From contig JBHGNT010000022.1 in NCBI GenBank assembly GCA_043228905.1, positions 11,036,001 through 11,100,000 on the forward strand: a stretch of DNA of 64,000 bases, read 5' to 3'. The translations under genes were made by a program, and so were the position numbers. Position 1 is the first letter of the stretch, and each line of letters begins with the position of its first letter. Shown one piece after another: positions 1 through 12,881 of the stretch. The notes beneath the pieces were generated by a model. It saw nothing but the letters and a program-made list of their open reading frames with translations. It made no database searches and was not told the origin of the DNA. Origin of the DNA: Azolla caroliniana (Eukaryota; Plantae; Polypodiophyta).

Positions 1-1
1 T

Positions 2-1195
2 ATGGAGCAGCCAAAAGGCTTCGTGGCGACTGGCCAAGAACATCTAGTCTGCCGACTCAGGAAGAGTCTATACGGCCTCAAACAGGCACCGCGACAATGG
101 TACAAGAAGTTCGACGACTTCATCCAATCGATCGGCTTCTCAAAAAGCGATGAGGACCATTGTCTCTTCACCAACACAGCTCAAGATGGATCACCCATCT
201 TCCTCATCATTTACGTGGACGACATGCTAATTTCTGGACGCCACGCGGGCGACCTTGCCGATCTCATTCGGCAACTGCGGTTGAAGTTTTCCATGAAGGA
301 CCTCGGTCCGGCACGACACATCCTTGGCATGAAGATTAGTCGGCATCGCGATAAACGACATCTTTTTTTGTCTCAGACCGACTATACCCGACGTGTCTTA
401 GAACGCTTCAACATGCAATCAGCCAAATCTTCTTCAACCCCGCTCCCCATGAATCTTCGGCTCTCTCAGCGAGACTGCCCGACATCCGGTCCGGAGGGGG
501 AAGATATGAAGTCGGTACCGTATGCACCGGCAGTCGGCTCCCTTATGTACCTGATGGTCGCGACACGGCCTGATATTTCTCACGCCGTAGGAGTCGTTAG
601 CAGATTTATGCACAATCCTGGCCGATCGCATTGGAACGCAGTCAAACATGTGTTCAGATATCTAGCTGGCACAAAAGACCACGGCATTCTTTTCGGTCCG
701 AAACGAACCTCAGGCGTAGTCGGTTACACCGACTCGGACTTCGCCGGCTGTATAGACAGTCGGAAATCTACAACCGGATACTGCTTCAAATTCGGCAATG
801 GAGCAATCTCGTGGAAGTCGAAACTTCAGGAGTGCACAGCGACCTCAACGACCGAAGCAGAATATGTAGCTGCGTCCGACGCAGCAAAAGAAGCTTTGTG
901 GCTCGGTCGGCTGGCGCACACGTTTCGACAAGTCGACCATGACTCGGCTCCAGTTGTCTACAGCGACAGTCAAGGTGTTGTTGCCTTGTCGAAAAATCCG
1001 GTTCACCACAACGCCTCCAAACATATCGACGTTCGATATCACTTCGTTCGGGACTGCGTCATTTCAGGGAAAATCGGTCTAGAGAAAATATCCACAACCG
1101 ACAATGTCGCAGATGGAATGACCAAATGTCTTTCGGCAGACCGCTTTCGGTCTCTTCGGCATCAGATGGGCGTAACGACAAACCAGTCCGGTTAG
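2..1195 (+). mobile_element. Ty1/Copia pol 3' part (RT-RNase H), element truncated by the window start
   Basis: Open ORF with [27 protein letters not shown] and KHIDVRYHFVR motifs; followed by PPT GGGGGAG (1382-1388) and an LTR. Confidence 0.95.
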
Positions 1196-1388
1196 AGCCG
1201 GACACAGAGCAGGATGGTTCCCGACAACCGACATCAGTTCCTTAATGATCGGCTTCAACTGTTCCGACCCGACCAGTTCGGTCTTCTGCCTTCGGACCCT
1301 ACCGACTCGAACAAAGCTGATATGTCCGAGAACCTAAGTCTATACCTGTAATCTTAGATAATCCATGTATACGCCCATTACGGGGGAG

Positions 1389-1559
1389 TGTCGAATACAT
1401 GTGTATAATGGACGTATTCACACTATCCCGTTTTGGCCATTTATGTAATTAGCATAAAGGGTAGTTGCCCTAAGTCGGTCACTATATATAGTGACCTTGT
1501 AACCTTTTTGTAAGGTTGGGTGTTGTATTATTGCTTTGTGGAATAAGAAGTATTTTGTG

Positions 1560-1601
<42 letters not shown>

Positions 1602-1671
1602 CAACGACCTACAATCTGTCATACGCAGGTACAGAAAAGAATCGATTGCTTCTTGACCTTCCGCATCGACA
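1389..1671 (+). mobile_element. 3' LTR of the Copia element
   Basis: TGTCGA...TCGACA terminal inverted ends directly after the PPT; TATA-like CTATATATA near 1482; internal (CT)n. Confidence 0.85.
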
Positions 1672-2278
1672 CGGCCTTGTCTCCAACAGGGACAAACGGG
1701 ACCGGACAGTTAGATCGGTCGGTTGATCGCGGTGCATGGTGTTTTGAAGATTTTCGGTGTAAATACAAGACCAAAAGCCTAGTAGTGTTTTGTGTTTTAA
1801 AAGGGATGTGAGCAAGGCTTGAACCTTGCACCTCCAAGATAGGAAGCAATATACTTACCACTAAGCCAAGTCATTTCCTTAGTAGTTATACTTTCACATG
1901 TAAACTCTTATATATGAGAGCTTAGATGATGACATGGCAAGCATGTATTTCATGCATTACGTGCATGTCTTGCACCATCACATGCACCATATGCATGGGG
2001 GCATCTATAAAAGAGTGGAGGAATCAAGCAAATGAAACTAATGAAAAATTTGGGAAAAATAAGAAACTTGTAATCCTATTGTTAATGTATCTTCTCTCTT
2101 AAATCTAAAAGTTAAAAGTTCACTCTTTATCTCAATATCTCTTTTTCGTTATATCAATCTCTCTCAATCTATCTTAACTACTTTCTGGCTAAAGTTAGTG
2201 CAAACTTCGAATCGTTCCGGTCCAGGACCCTGGTGATTCCACCTCACGATCCGTACGTAGTGACGGATCGTCACGACA
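1672..2278 (+). mobile_element. Partial LTR of another family, probably the target of the Copia insertion, with an antisense tRNA-like cassette
   Basis: Ends in TCACGACA; TATA CTATAAAAG near 2006; 1885-1940 resembles the reverse complement of 29620-29680; A/B boxes on the minus strand. Confidence 0.55.
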
Positions 2279-2343
2279 ACATATCACGTGAAATGTAATA
2301 TATTTGGTCTCATAGGTCATATTTGACCTCCAAAGATGATAAT

Positions 2344-2407
<64 letters not shown>

Positions 2408-4072
2408 CTTTCTATTTCTCTTTGAGCTTCATTTCCTACAATAGTATCATAGATGGTGGGTCGGGACGGGAGTAAACTTCATAAATAAAATCACCTATGA
2501 TCAATTAGGAATTACAGACTGGGAAGTGTGTCCGTTTTGGCTATGTATGGCAAATACAAGTTCGGTACGACCACTAGGGTTGATTCAACAATTAGAGTTG
2601 TCAATTAGTGGCCATATGTTCCAGATCTCAGTAATACTGTTAAAATTGGATTGTTATTAGGTCGTCCATGGTTACGAACTACCAATATGAAGCAAAATTT
2701 GCAGAAAAATATCATTTTATTTCAAAGAGGAAAAGCAAAGGTACGAGTTTCGACTCAAGAAAAAATACTAACTAAGAAGGAATTAGTACCATTTTATGCC
2801 AAATCAATAAATATGATGGAAGACTTGGAAGACAACAAAATTGAACAATATCTGGAGGAGAATCCAAAAACTATACCATTGTTCAAAATAGATGTAGTGG
2901 CCATCATTAGTCCTTACATCAGTAATGAAAATCCTAGCACAGAGGAGTAGAACCAACAAGAGGATCTTAAATCCTTGAAAGAATTTCAATATCAGCAGGA
3001 AGCAATGGAATGAGAAATGTGAGTCTCTCCGAGAGTAAAAACTTCAACACTAGAGGAACTAAATTTGGCAGGACAAGAAACTAAGCAAAAGATGGTACTC
3101 ATAGCTAAGGATATGTCGCCAAATGACAAAACTGAATTAGTAAATCTACTACGACAATATAAGGATGTATTTGCATGGTCATTCAAAGAAATGAAAGGGT
3201 TGGACCCAGAATTCTATCAACACCAAATTCACCTTACCAAGGAAGCCAAACTAGTGCAGCAACGGCGATATCGCTTAAATCCCAACTACGCATTCCGAGT
3301 CAAGGAAGAAATCAACAAAATGTTAAAAGTCAGATTCATCAAACCAGTAAAAAGGGCTACTTGGCTTGGTCCAATAGTCGTCATACCCAATAAAAATGGT
3401 AAAATCAAGTTCTGTGTAGACTATAGGAAATTGAATTTGGCAATGGTAACAGATGCATTTCGGCTACCCTTCACGGATGGCGTTCTCAATATAGTTTCAT
3501 GGACAGGTTTAGTGGCTACAATCATATTCGAATGCATCTAGATGACCAAGATAAGACTGCATTCGTCACCAAATGGGGGTGTATTTGTTGCAGTAGTCAT
3601 GATGTTCAGACTAAAGACGACGTCAACAACATTCTAGAGAATTATAGTTGAAATATTTTCAGACTACATTCTGTCAGGAATAGTACTAAAACAGAGAGAG
3701 AATTAGTACTAGAGAATGGAAGTACTATTAGTACTAAGAGGATGGAACTGCGTAAGACTCTTGAGAGGGAGGAAAGAGAAGAGGAGAGAGAGAGAGAGAG
3801 AGAGAGATAGTGAGGACGAGAGAGAGAGAGATGATGATAACAGATGATATATTATAGGAAGAGTAAGTACAAGATGACGATGAGGCTTAAGACTGGCATT
3901 GAACCAATTTGGTTCAAAATAATTCCTAGTGCCTTCTTTTATAGTGTTCTCAGGAGTAATCCTGAAGGAGTAAATCCTGAAGCTTCTAGAATGTTCCAGA
4001 GAAATCTGCACTATACATTAATTTCCTATAATAAAACTTAAATGAAAATAATATCCTACATATTACAATAGA

Positions 4073-4127
4073 TGGTATAATGGTCAAGAGCTCGACCCAT
4101 ATAACATAAGGTCATGGGTTCGAGTCT
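4073..4127 (+). promoter_or_regulatory. tRNA-type Pol III A-box/B-box cassette in LTR U3, antisense to the element; second copy at 9195-9249
   Basis: TGGTATAATGG at 4073 and GGTTCGAGTC at 4117, 44 nt apart as in a tRNA gene. Confidence 0.7.
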
Positions 4128-7100
4128 TGCCATATCATGACACTATCTCCCCCTTAAGACAACGAGTGGAACGAGTCGGCGCTGATTGTGGACCGGGTTT
4201 GTTCGGATACTTTCGGTGGAACTCAGTAAGAAGATTCTAAGCATTGGTAACATGCTCGACGGGTTCCCAAGTACGTTCGCCCGGACTATAGCTGAGCCAA
4301 TCGACCAAATAATAAAGTTTGTTGCGAACAAGTTTGGAATCAAGGACGGCAGCAACTTCATACTCCGGGCCGGCTTCCAACTCAAGCGGGGGCGGTGGTG
4401 GTGTAACACAATCGGGAATAGTGCTTGCTTTATAAGGTTCAAGAAGAGAGCTATGGAAAACCGGATGTATCTGAAGATGCGGAGGGAGATCAAGGCGGAA
4501 CGTGACATCATTAACCTTACTAGTAATACCAAAAGGACCAAGTCGTCGATAATCCAACTTGTCGCACGGTTGAGTAGTCTTGATGTGACGATGTAAGAGC
4601 CATAATCGATCTCTGATGGCAAAAGAGGAGGGAAGCCGATGACGATTTGCATAAGTCTTTTGTGTGTTTTGAGTGACGAAGATGAGTAGAGAGATCCATC
4701 TGGATCTTGCGTAGCCTCTCCAAATGATCCTTGGCACGAGGATTGGGAGGTAGCCCCTGGGTGTCGATCACCGACCAGCGAGGATGAGAACCGGTATAAG
4801 CGTAAAATGGGGAGACCCGAGTCGAGGAGTGAATAGAATTATTATATGCAAACTCCGCAAAGTGGAGAATCTCGACCCAATCGTCCTGTTGATAACTCAG
4901 AAAGCAACGGAGATATTGTTCCAGCGTTTGGTTTGTTCGTTCTGCCTGCCCATTGGTCTATGGATGGTAGCCGAAGGAGAGGTTGCAAGAGACCTTGAGT
5001 ATCTTGAAGAGATGCTGCCAAAATTTGGAGACAAATTGAGGTCCTCGGTCACTGATGATACTGTCTAGGAGGCCATGATGCCGAAATACCTCACGCATGA
5101 CAAGGGCGGCGGTTTCCTCGCTAGTGATGGCCTTAGTACATGGCACAAAATCTGCCATCTTCGTATATCGATCGACAACAGTTAAGATAGCATTGAACCC
5201 CTTCGAGACCGACAAATCTATGATAAAATCAAGACAAATAGACTACCACGGCTTACTTGGAATCGGTAAGGGTTCCAACAAGCCATATGGATGGTGTCAG
5301 GGCATCTTTGCTCGGCAGCAAGCATCACAAGTCCGAACGTAGTTGTCGACAAAACGTCGCATAAGGGGCCACCAAAAGGATCGTTGAATGAGATCCAACG
5401 TCTTAGTACTACCGAAATGTCCCGCCGTATGGGTCTCGTGGCAATTTTGGACGATTTGAAGGCGACAGGAGCAATCGGGGACATATACAAGCTTTTTAAA
5501 GAATAACAAACCATCATGATATTCGAATTGTCGGTAGTCCATACCTGGTTGTTGAGATTGGGAACAGGATACCCGAGAGGTATCAATCTGTCTTCAAGTT
5601 CGCACGTATGGCATCGGTAATCCAGGAATCCATAGAGGTGTGAAAAATCCGCGTTGTGTGCAATCGTGTTGGTTCCAAGATTACTTGCTTTTGATTATCA
5701 AACGCCGGATCACCAGGACGAGGTGCAAGATATGAACGTTGTGATAGCGTATCTGCTTTTCCTTGCTGCTTCCCCGGTCAATATGTGATTTTGAAGTCAA
5801 AACGCGTGAGGAATTGAGCCCACCGAGCTTGCCATCGATTTAGCACCCGAGCGTTCTGGAAATAAGCAAGGTTTTTGTGATCACTAAAGACGATGACCTG
5901 ATGTCGAGAGCCCTCTAAGAAATGCCACCATTGCACAAAGGAATCCACGATGGCTAATAACTCCTTGTCATGTATTTCGTAGTTGATTTCCGCGGCATCA
6001 AATTTGCACGAATGGAAAGCCACAGGATGTAACTCTTCTTTGAGAAAGGATGCTACCAAGGGCGAAATCCAATGCTTCGGCCTCCATGATGAATGGTTTC
6101 TTTGTATCCACATGAGCTAGAATAGGATCTGATGTAAAGGCTTTCTTAAGATGCCGAAAAGCCATGTCCGCTTCATTGGACCAAAGAAATGTTTGTCCCT
6201 TCTTCGTAAGTTGTGTGAGAGGTAAAATATTCTTCGAGTAATCCTGTATAAACTTGCGGTAGAAGTTAGCAAAACCTAGAAAACATTGTACATCTCGTAC
6301 CGTCCGTGGAATTTGCCACTCTAGCATAGTTTGGACTTTAATTGGATCCATGGAGATGACCTTTGAGGAGATGACATAGCCTAGAAATTCCACTTGTTTG
6401 CAGTCAAAGCTACATTTTTCTAGCTTGGCATAAAGAGCATTCTCGCGGAGTCGTTTTAGTACTAATAGTACATGAGAATCATGCTCTTCCTGGGTCTTCG
6501 AATAAATCAATAGATCATCCAGATAGCTGATCAAACAAATATCCAAGAGGTCTCTGAATATATCATTTGCCATGTGTTGGAAGACTATGGGTGCATTGGT
6601 TAGACCGAACGGCATAACCGTATATTCGAAATGCCCATACCGCGTGCGAAAGGCGGTATTCCATTCATCTCCCGGTCGGATCCGCACGAGGTTATACGCT
6701 CCTCGTAGATCGATTTTTGTAAAAAACTTGGCACCATTAACTCACTCTAAAAGACTTGATATAAGAGGAAGTGCATACCTATTCCAGATGGTGACTTTAT
6801 TCAAGCCATGGTAATCAACGATGAGACGAAGTGAGCCATCTTTCTTCTTGACAAAGAAGATGGGTGCACTGGCTGGAGATTTCGAATGATGAATAAACCC
6901 CCTTTCCAAGTTCTCCTCTATGTAGGCTCAAAGGACTTCTAACTCGGTGGGTGACAAGTATTAAATTGGTCCCCATGGTGGCTCTGCTCCTGGTTGTAAA
7001 TCGATGGGACAATCATATGGACAATGATGAGGAAGAGTATCGGCTTTTACTTTGTCAAATACATCGGCATAAGGATGATATTTTGCCAGAAGTTGCACTA

Positions 7101-8783
7101 AGGATTCCTCCTTAATAGTGTTGGAAGGATGTATTGATATTGCAAATAGGAACATGGCCTCCTTGTGTCCTTCTTCGCGTAATTGACATAGTGAAATGGT
7201 CGAAACTCGATGAGTAGATTCTTGGGGTTGTCAGTGTCGGACTTCTCTTGTTCTCCAATCTATGTCTGGATTATGTAATCCAAACCAAGGTAATCCCAGG
7301 ACAATGGGATGCTCTAGACTACTAATTATATTAAATGCTACTACACACACTAAACTACCTAGGACAACGTGAATGGGTTCTGACTCTTCTACAATATTCC
7401 CGAAAGCAATGGGACAACCATCAATGACTACTACAGATGCGGGGCAAGGAAGTTTTCTTAAGGATATCTGAGAAGCTTGGGCAAAATTTCGATCCATGAA
7501 ACAGGAATTAGCTCCAGAATCTAGAAGTGTTAGGACATGTACAGGGGGAGTACTTTTAGTACTAACCATGACTTGGGCTAGGAACACATTGCTAACTTGC
7601 TTGGAGGGAATGGAACCACTAATGGGTTGTACAGATCTAGGGTTGTCCAACCAAACGACTCCTATTTTGGCTAGACTCAATCGTTTAACTCTTCATCTTA
7701 TTGACTAAGGATTTCAAATTTGTTTAAGATACTTGGTCTATTAGTACTATTAATACTATCAGACACTCTATTAGTACTATTAATACTATCAGACACTCCT
7801 AAGGGAAGAATTGACTCGGGTTTAGTAGAAGCTACGATTTGATTTACCTATCTTCTTGGCCTATGGGGACAATTGATTGCGATATGCCCTGGTCCACCGC
7901 AATAAAGACATAATCGATTTGCATGTCGTCGTTGCTTTTCTTCTTTCGATAATGGGCCACGTCGACGCATGGTGTCGATCTCCATCAGTGTCGGAGTATT
8001 TGCTTGAGGTATGTCTCGTGCAAACAGTTTAGCCGTGACTAAGGCGTAAGTGGGCTCCGGCCTAGAGCGTGGTATTTGTAATTGATGTTCTGAACGCCAT
8101 TCGAAAAGGCGGTTGTTACATCGAACCGCTCGACTAATTGCCTCCGTAAGAGACTTTGGTTCTTCAAGGAAGGTTAGAAGTAGATCTTTGACATCGTTTC
8201 GCTGGCCGTAGCGAAACTGCTCCATTAGTGCCTGATCATCCCAGGGGATATCTGAAGCGAGTAGATGGAAATCCGCCGCATAGGCAGAGGCTGGACGATC
8301 GCCTTGACACAATAATCGAATTTTGTTGATCGCCGTCCAGATGCTATTTGTATCTCTAAAGCAAGCTTTAAACTCACTAATAAAGTCTTCAAAGTTATTA
8401 AGAAAGGGCGATTGTTTTTTCCAGAAGCGGAGCAAACCATGCCAAGGCTGAGCCGCTAAGCAACGTGCCTATTAGGCCGACTCGGGATGCATCAGTGGGG
8501 TATCGAGAAAGATGCATTTGAATGACTAAGCGTACCTGATTAAGGAAGCCATTAAATTGCGATCGCGTTCCATCAAATTTCACAAGAAGTCCAATCTTGG
8601 GCTCTTTATGAAATTCGTGGGGACTTGATCCTTGTTGTTGCAACGCTGCTTCGAGTTGTTGCACACGTAATGCTAACTCCCCATGTTGTTGCTACGTTTG
8701 TTGTTTTTCTAGGGCGATTTGTTGAAGATCCCCTGAAAAAGGATAAGAGGATGAGGGAAACCAAAAGAAAGACAAGAGAGGAG

Positions 8784-8797
8784 AAATTGGTTCAAAC
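8784..8797 (-). other. Self-priming primer-binding site (Tf1/Tcn1 type)
   Basis: GTTTGAACCAATTT follows the 5' LTR; it is not a TGG tRNA PBS and is complementary to AAATTGGTTCAA at 9032-9021, about 30 nt downstream of the LTR TATA (9066-9059). Confidence 0.75.
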
Positions 8798-11308
8798 TGT
8801 CAGGAATAGTACTAAAACAAAGAGAGAATTAGCACTAGAGAAGGGAAGTACAATTAGTACTAAGAGGACAGGACTGCGTAAGACTCCCAAGAGGGAGGAA
8901 AGAGAAGAGAAGAGAGAGAGAGAGATAGTGAAGACGAGAGAGAGAGAGAGAGATGATGATAACAGATGATATATTATAGGAAGAGTAAGTACAATATGGC
9001 TATGAGGCTTAAGACTGGCGTTGAACCAATTTGGTTCAAAATAATGCCTAGTGCCTTCTTTTATAGTGTTCTCAGGAGTAATTCTGAAGGAGTAAATCTT
9101 GAAGCTTCTAGAATGTTCCAGAGAAATCTGCACTATACATTAATTTCCTATAATAAAACTTAAATGAAAATAATATCCTACGTATTACAATAGATGGTAT
9201 AATGGTCAAGTGCTCAACCCATATAACATAAGGTCATGGGATCGAGTCTTGCCATATCATGACACATTCCGGCTTTTATCCAGGTATTTCTTGATCATTT
9301 TGTTGTTTATAGTAGAAAGAACGATCATATAGAGCATTTATGACTCTATTTAGAGAAATGTCGAATGGCTCGATTGAGCTTGTATCTAGCCAAATGTGCA
9401 TTTGGGGTAACTAGTGGCACTTACCACCGTCAGTCAGGATGGCATTGTTGTGGATCTGGACAAAGTAAAAGTTATCATCAAAGCACCACTTCTGACTAAT
9501 GCTAAAGCATTAGGTAGATTTTTGGGACAAATTTGATGGCATAGTCAAATGATACGCTACTTGGCTAATGTAGTTACTTCATTGCATACAGTGGTCCATC
9601 GCACTCCATTTCAATGGACGACTATCGAGTAGGATGCTTATGATTTGTTAAAACAGATGTTGTCTAACATATCGGTTGTTCAACCACCGAATTGGATCAA
9701 AGACTTTCATGTCTTTGTCAATGTGTCGGATATAGCAATTGGAAGTGCATTAATGCAATTATCAGAGCCCAATTGGTATTGACCAATATACTATGCGAGT
9801 CAGAAATTGTCGATTGTTGAGAGGAATTATTCAACGACCGAACAGGAAGCTCTTAGAATGATTTACAATGTCAATAAGTTCCGACATTATCTGCTAGGCC
9901 GCAAATTTATTTCATGTTGACCATTCAGCATTGTTATATTTGGTGTTGAAACAATCTTTAACAGGAAAACTAGCAAGATGGACGCTTCTTTTGCAGGAGT
10001 TGAGTTCGACATAGTGTGTCGTCCTGGAGTATAACATGTAATAGTCGACTACACTTAGGAGAACCGGGAGGAGTTCAAGACAATTTTCCTTATGCCTAAC
10101 TATTTAGGGTAGAAGCTATTAATTCAACTGAAGTGGATGAAGAATCTGCATATTTATGGCTCACAAAAATGATTTAGTATCTGAGTATGGGCTTACCGCC
10201 CAAAGGAATGTCACTAGATGAAAGAAAACAGTTGGTAGTTCGGAGTCATAACTTTTGCCTACTTGAAGATACATTGCATCATAAGGGGGCAAATGGAATT
10301 TGGTGGTGACGGGTTCAACAGTTCGAAAAAGAAATTGTCTTACAAGAAGCTCATTGTAGAATTACTTGGGGACATTATGCGGGAGAAACAACAGCACGGA
10401 AAATATGGAATAGTGGGTTGTGGTGGCCTATGACTATGAAGGACGCGCAAAATTATTGTCAGCAATGTGATTTATGCGAGCAATGGCAGCTGCAAAAACA
10501 AGTAATAGATATGTTATAGTCGCTACCGATTATTGTACCAAGTGGGTCGAAGCAAAACCTCTTCAAGATAATACGGCAACATCAACAGCAAATTTCTATA
10601 TGAAAATATTTGGTGTAGATTCGGTTGTCCAATCGAGCTCGTAAGCGATCAAGGTACTCATTTTATTAATAAAGAAATTTATGAGCTGACAAATTATTAT
10701 GCAGTGGTACACAACAAGAGTGCACCTTATTATCCACAAGCAAATGGATTAGCATAATCAACCAATAAGACGATTCTAAAGAAAATTGTCAATGATAATC
10801 GCACGGACTGGGATCAAAAACTACATAGTGCATTATGGGCTTATCGGATGACCTACAAAACCATGATTCGATCGAATCCATTTCGAATGACTTTCGGATT
10901 AAAGGTAGTCATACCAATAGAATTCCAAATTCTGAGTTTAAGAGTGCAGGTAGCAGAACAGATGGATGAAGAATAGTCAAAAAGAATTCGGAAAGAGTAG
11001 AGTCTCACATTAGAAGAAAGTCGACTACAGTCGATATGGCATTTGGAACATAACTAGAGCAAAACAAAAGCCTTTGTTGATCGACACCGGCAGGGGAAAG
11101 AGAAGTTGTTTGGCATTGACAAACCCGTGCTGGTATTTCAACCCATAATGGGGTCCATGCTAGGGCAACTACGGTTTCAATGGACTGGTCCATATTGGAT
11201 CGTCAATAGCAATAATGGCACTTATAAGATATGCACATTGGCAGGCGAAGTAATGCCAAAGTGGGTAAATGGTTTTCACCTGAAACCATATCAAGGGCTA
11301 ACACCGAT

Positions 11309-12203
11309 TGTTGTATCTATCGCTCATTTCTTACTTCTTCATCTTCTTGCAGATTCTTTCGAATAAGCCCATTATGGGGGATTGTCGAATACGGTGTCGT
11401 GCCTTTCGACGCCAGATTGTCGCATGAGTCGGGTGGGAACCGTCGGGGTTTTGGACTAGGAGGAGAAGAATTTGAGACGAATCTAGTTATGAATAGATTT
11501 TAAGAAAGAGATATAAAAAAACCTCCTAAATCCCACGAGTGTAATGTATTTTATTAGATTAATCAATATTAAGATAAGAATATGAATTTGGATTGAAAGA
11601 GAAGAATATAGAAATCTCGTGAATCTCACGAGTATAGTTTATTTCGTGAGTCCCACGAGTATAATTTATTAATTGGTGTTTTCGGAAATATATCCAATTT
11701 CCAAAGCTTTCACACCATATTTTATTTTTATTTTTTCCCCCCCTTTCTTACATTGTGCTCCCCATCCTTATATAGTGATGAGAGAGTCTTAGCAATCCAT
11801 GTTTTTTCTCTAACTATGGACTCCATGCTTTCTCTATCTATGAACTATATGCTTTCTTTAACATGCTTTTTTTCTAACTTCATGCGTTTTTTATCGACTA
11901 TAGTGTTCATGCACGCTAGATGTGCATGTATAGCTTTTTTCTATCATGCGTTTTTCTTCTAACTAAAGCTTTTTCCTAGAAAATATGCGTGAAAAAACCT
12001 TTCTATGTGGGATATCTACTTTTCTAACACTCATGATGTGTTAGTGTAATGGTAAGGCGTCAAATTATTAACATGGAGGTACAAGGTTTGAAGCTTTCCC
12101 TATGCATGTAACATGTATTCTCATATTTCCTTCGTTTTCTTCATATTTATTAAATCGGGTACTTTATATGTTTTTCACGTAGTGTACGAAATACACTACG
12201 ACA
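11309..12203 (-). mobile_element. Solo LTR with an antisense tRNA-like cassette
   Basis: TGTTGTA...TACGACA ends; near-TSD CCGAT/ACGAT; TATA on the minus strand near 11770; A box 12042 and B-like box 12085 on +. Confidence 0.7.
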
Positions 12204-12843
12204 ACGATCATCTAATGGTCATATTATTCATATTATCCATTTGGACACACCATATGTGTAAGAATCGAAAAGGACATTTACCCTAGCTTGTGTTACCATA
12301 TAACCAAGCTTGTATTGTATGTTCGTGGTTGTTGTAGTTCTTTTCCTTCTTGAAATATACAACGTATATTGTTGTGTCATCTCTCTCACAAAAGAAGTTT
12401 TTCAGGAACAGGGGGAGACAACGAATGTCGACACACCTGCACCACTCAGCCTTTCCCTTGATGAGGCAGAAAACCAAAGAAGAACCAAATGTCCTCGGGT
12501 GCCGGGTTTCAAAGCAACATGACATGGTGCAAAAGCAATAATGAAAATAAGGGAACGTGAGCTACACCGCATAGAAACCATGGCTAGGCCACTCTCTACA
12601 TTGGGACCACGGGTCACACCCACACCAAACCCTTTGACCTCCCACTTCTTTTCGAGAGGCTTAGTGTAAAGTCACTTCCTTTATCAAGTATACCATGTTT
12701 TGTACACTACTAGAACTCTTTTAGTTTAAGTTCTATTTTTACTTTATTTTATTTTAGTTATGATGATTGGATGAATACTCATTTTGTTGCAAACCAATTG
12801 TCTCATGGGCCAATTTTGGCCTTAAAAGACGTTAATATATCTT

Positions 12844-12881
<38 letters not shown>

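Larger units (their letters stand above)
3672..9264 (-). mobile_element. Full-length degenerate Ty3/Gypsy chromovirus (Tcn1-like), LTRs 3672-4142 and 8798-9264
   Basis: TG...CA LTRs; 5-bp TSD CATTC (3667-3671 and 9265-9269); PPT AAGGGGGAGATAG; gag with CLYCGGPGHIAINC knuckle, LLDSGANSCF protease, YLDDLL RT, integrase and C-terminal chromodomain (EYEVAAVLDS...YLVDW...TWEP). Confidence 0.95.
2440..11308 (+). mobile_element. Degenerate Athila-like (non-chromovirus) Ty3/Gypsy pol (PR-RT-RH-INT), interrupted by the chromovirus at 3672-9264
   Basis: IIDGGSG-type protease, LLGRPWL, YKDVFAWS, CVDYRKLN; RT motif DYI|PAFIQVFLD split across the insertion; integrase and GPY/F region (WTGPYWI); many stops and frameshifts. 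Confidence 0.9.

Noticed and set aside
4066-4142. Genuine tRNA genes or SINE insertions at the LTR cassettes
   Set aside because: No complete cloverleaf or assignable anticodon, and no tail or TSD; they are integral parts of the LTRs.
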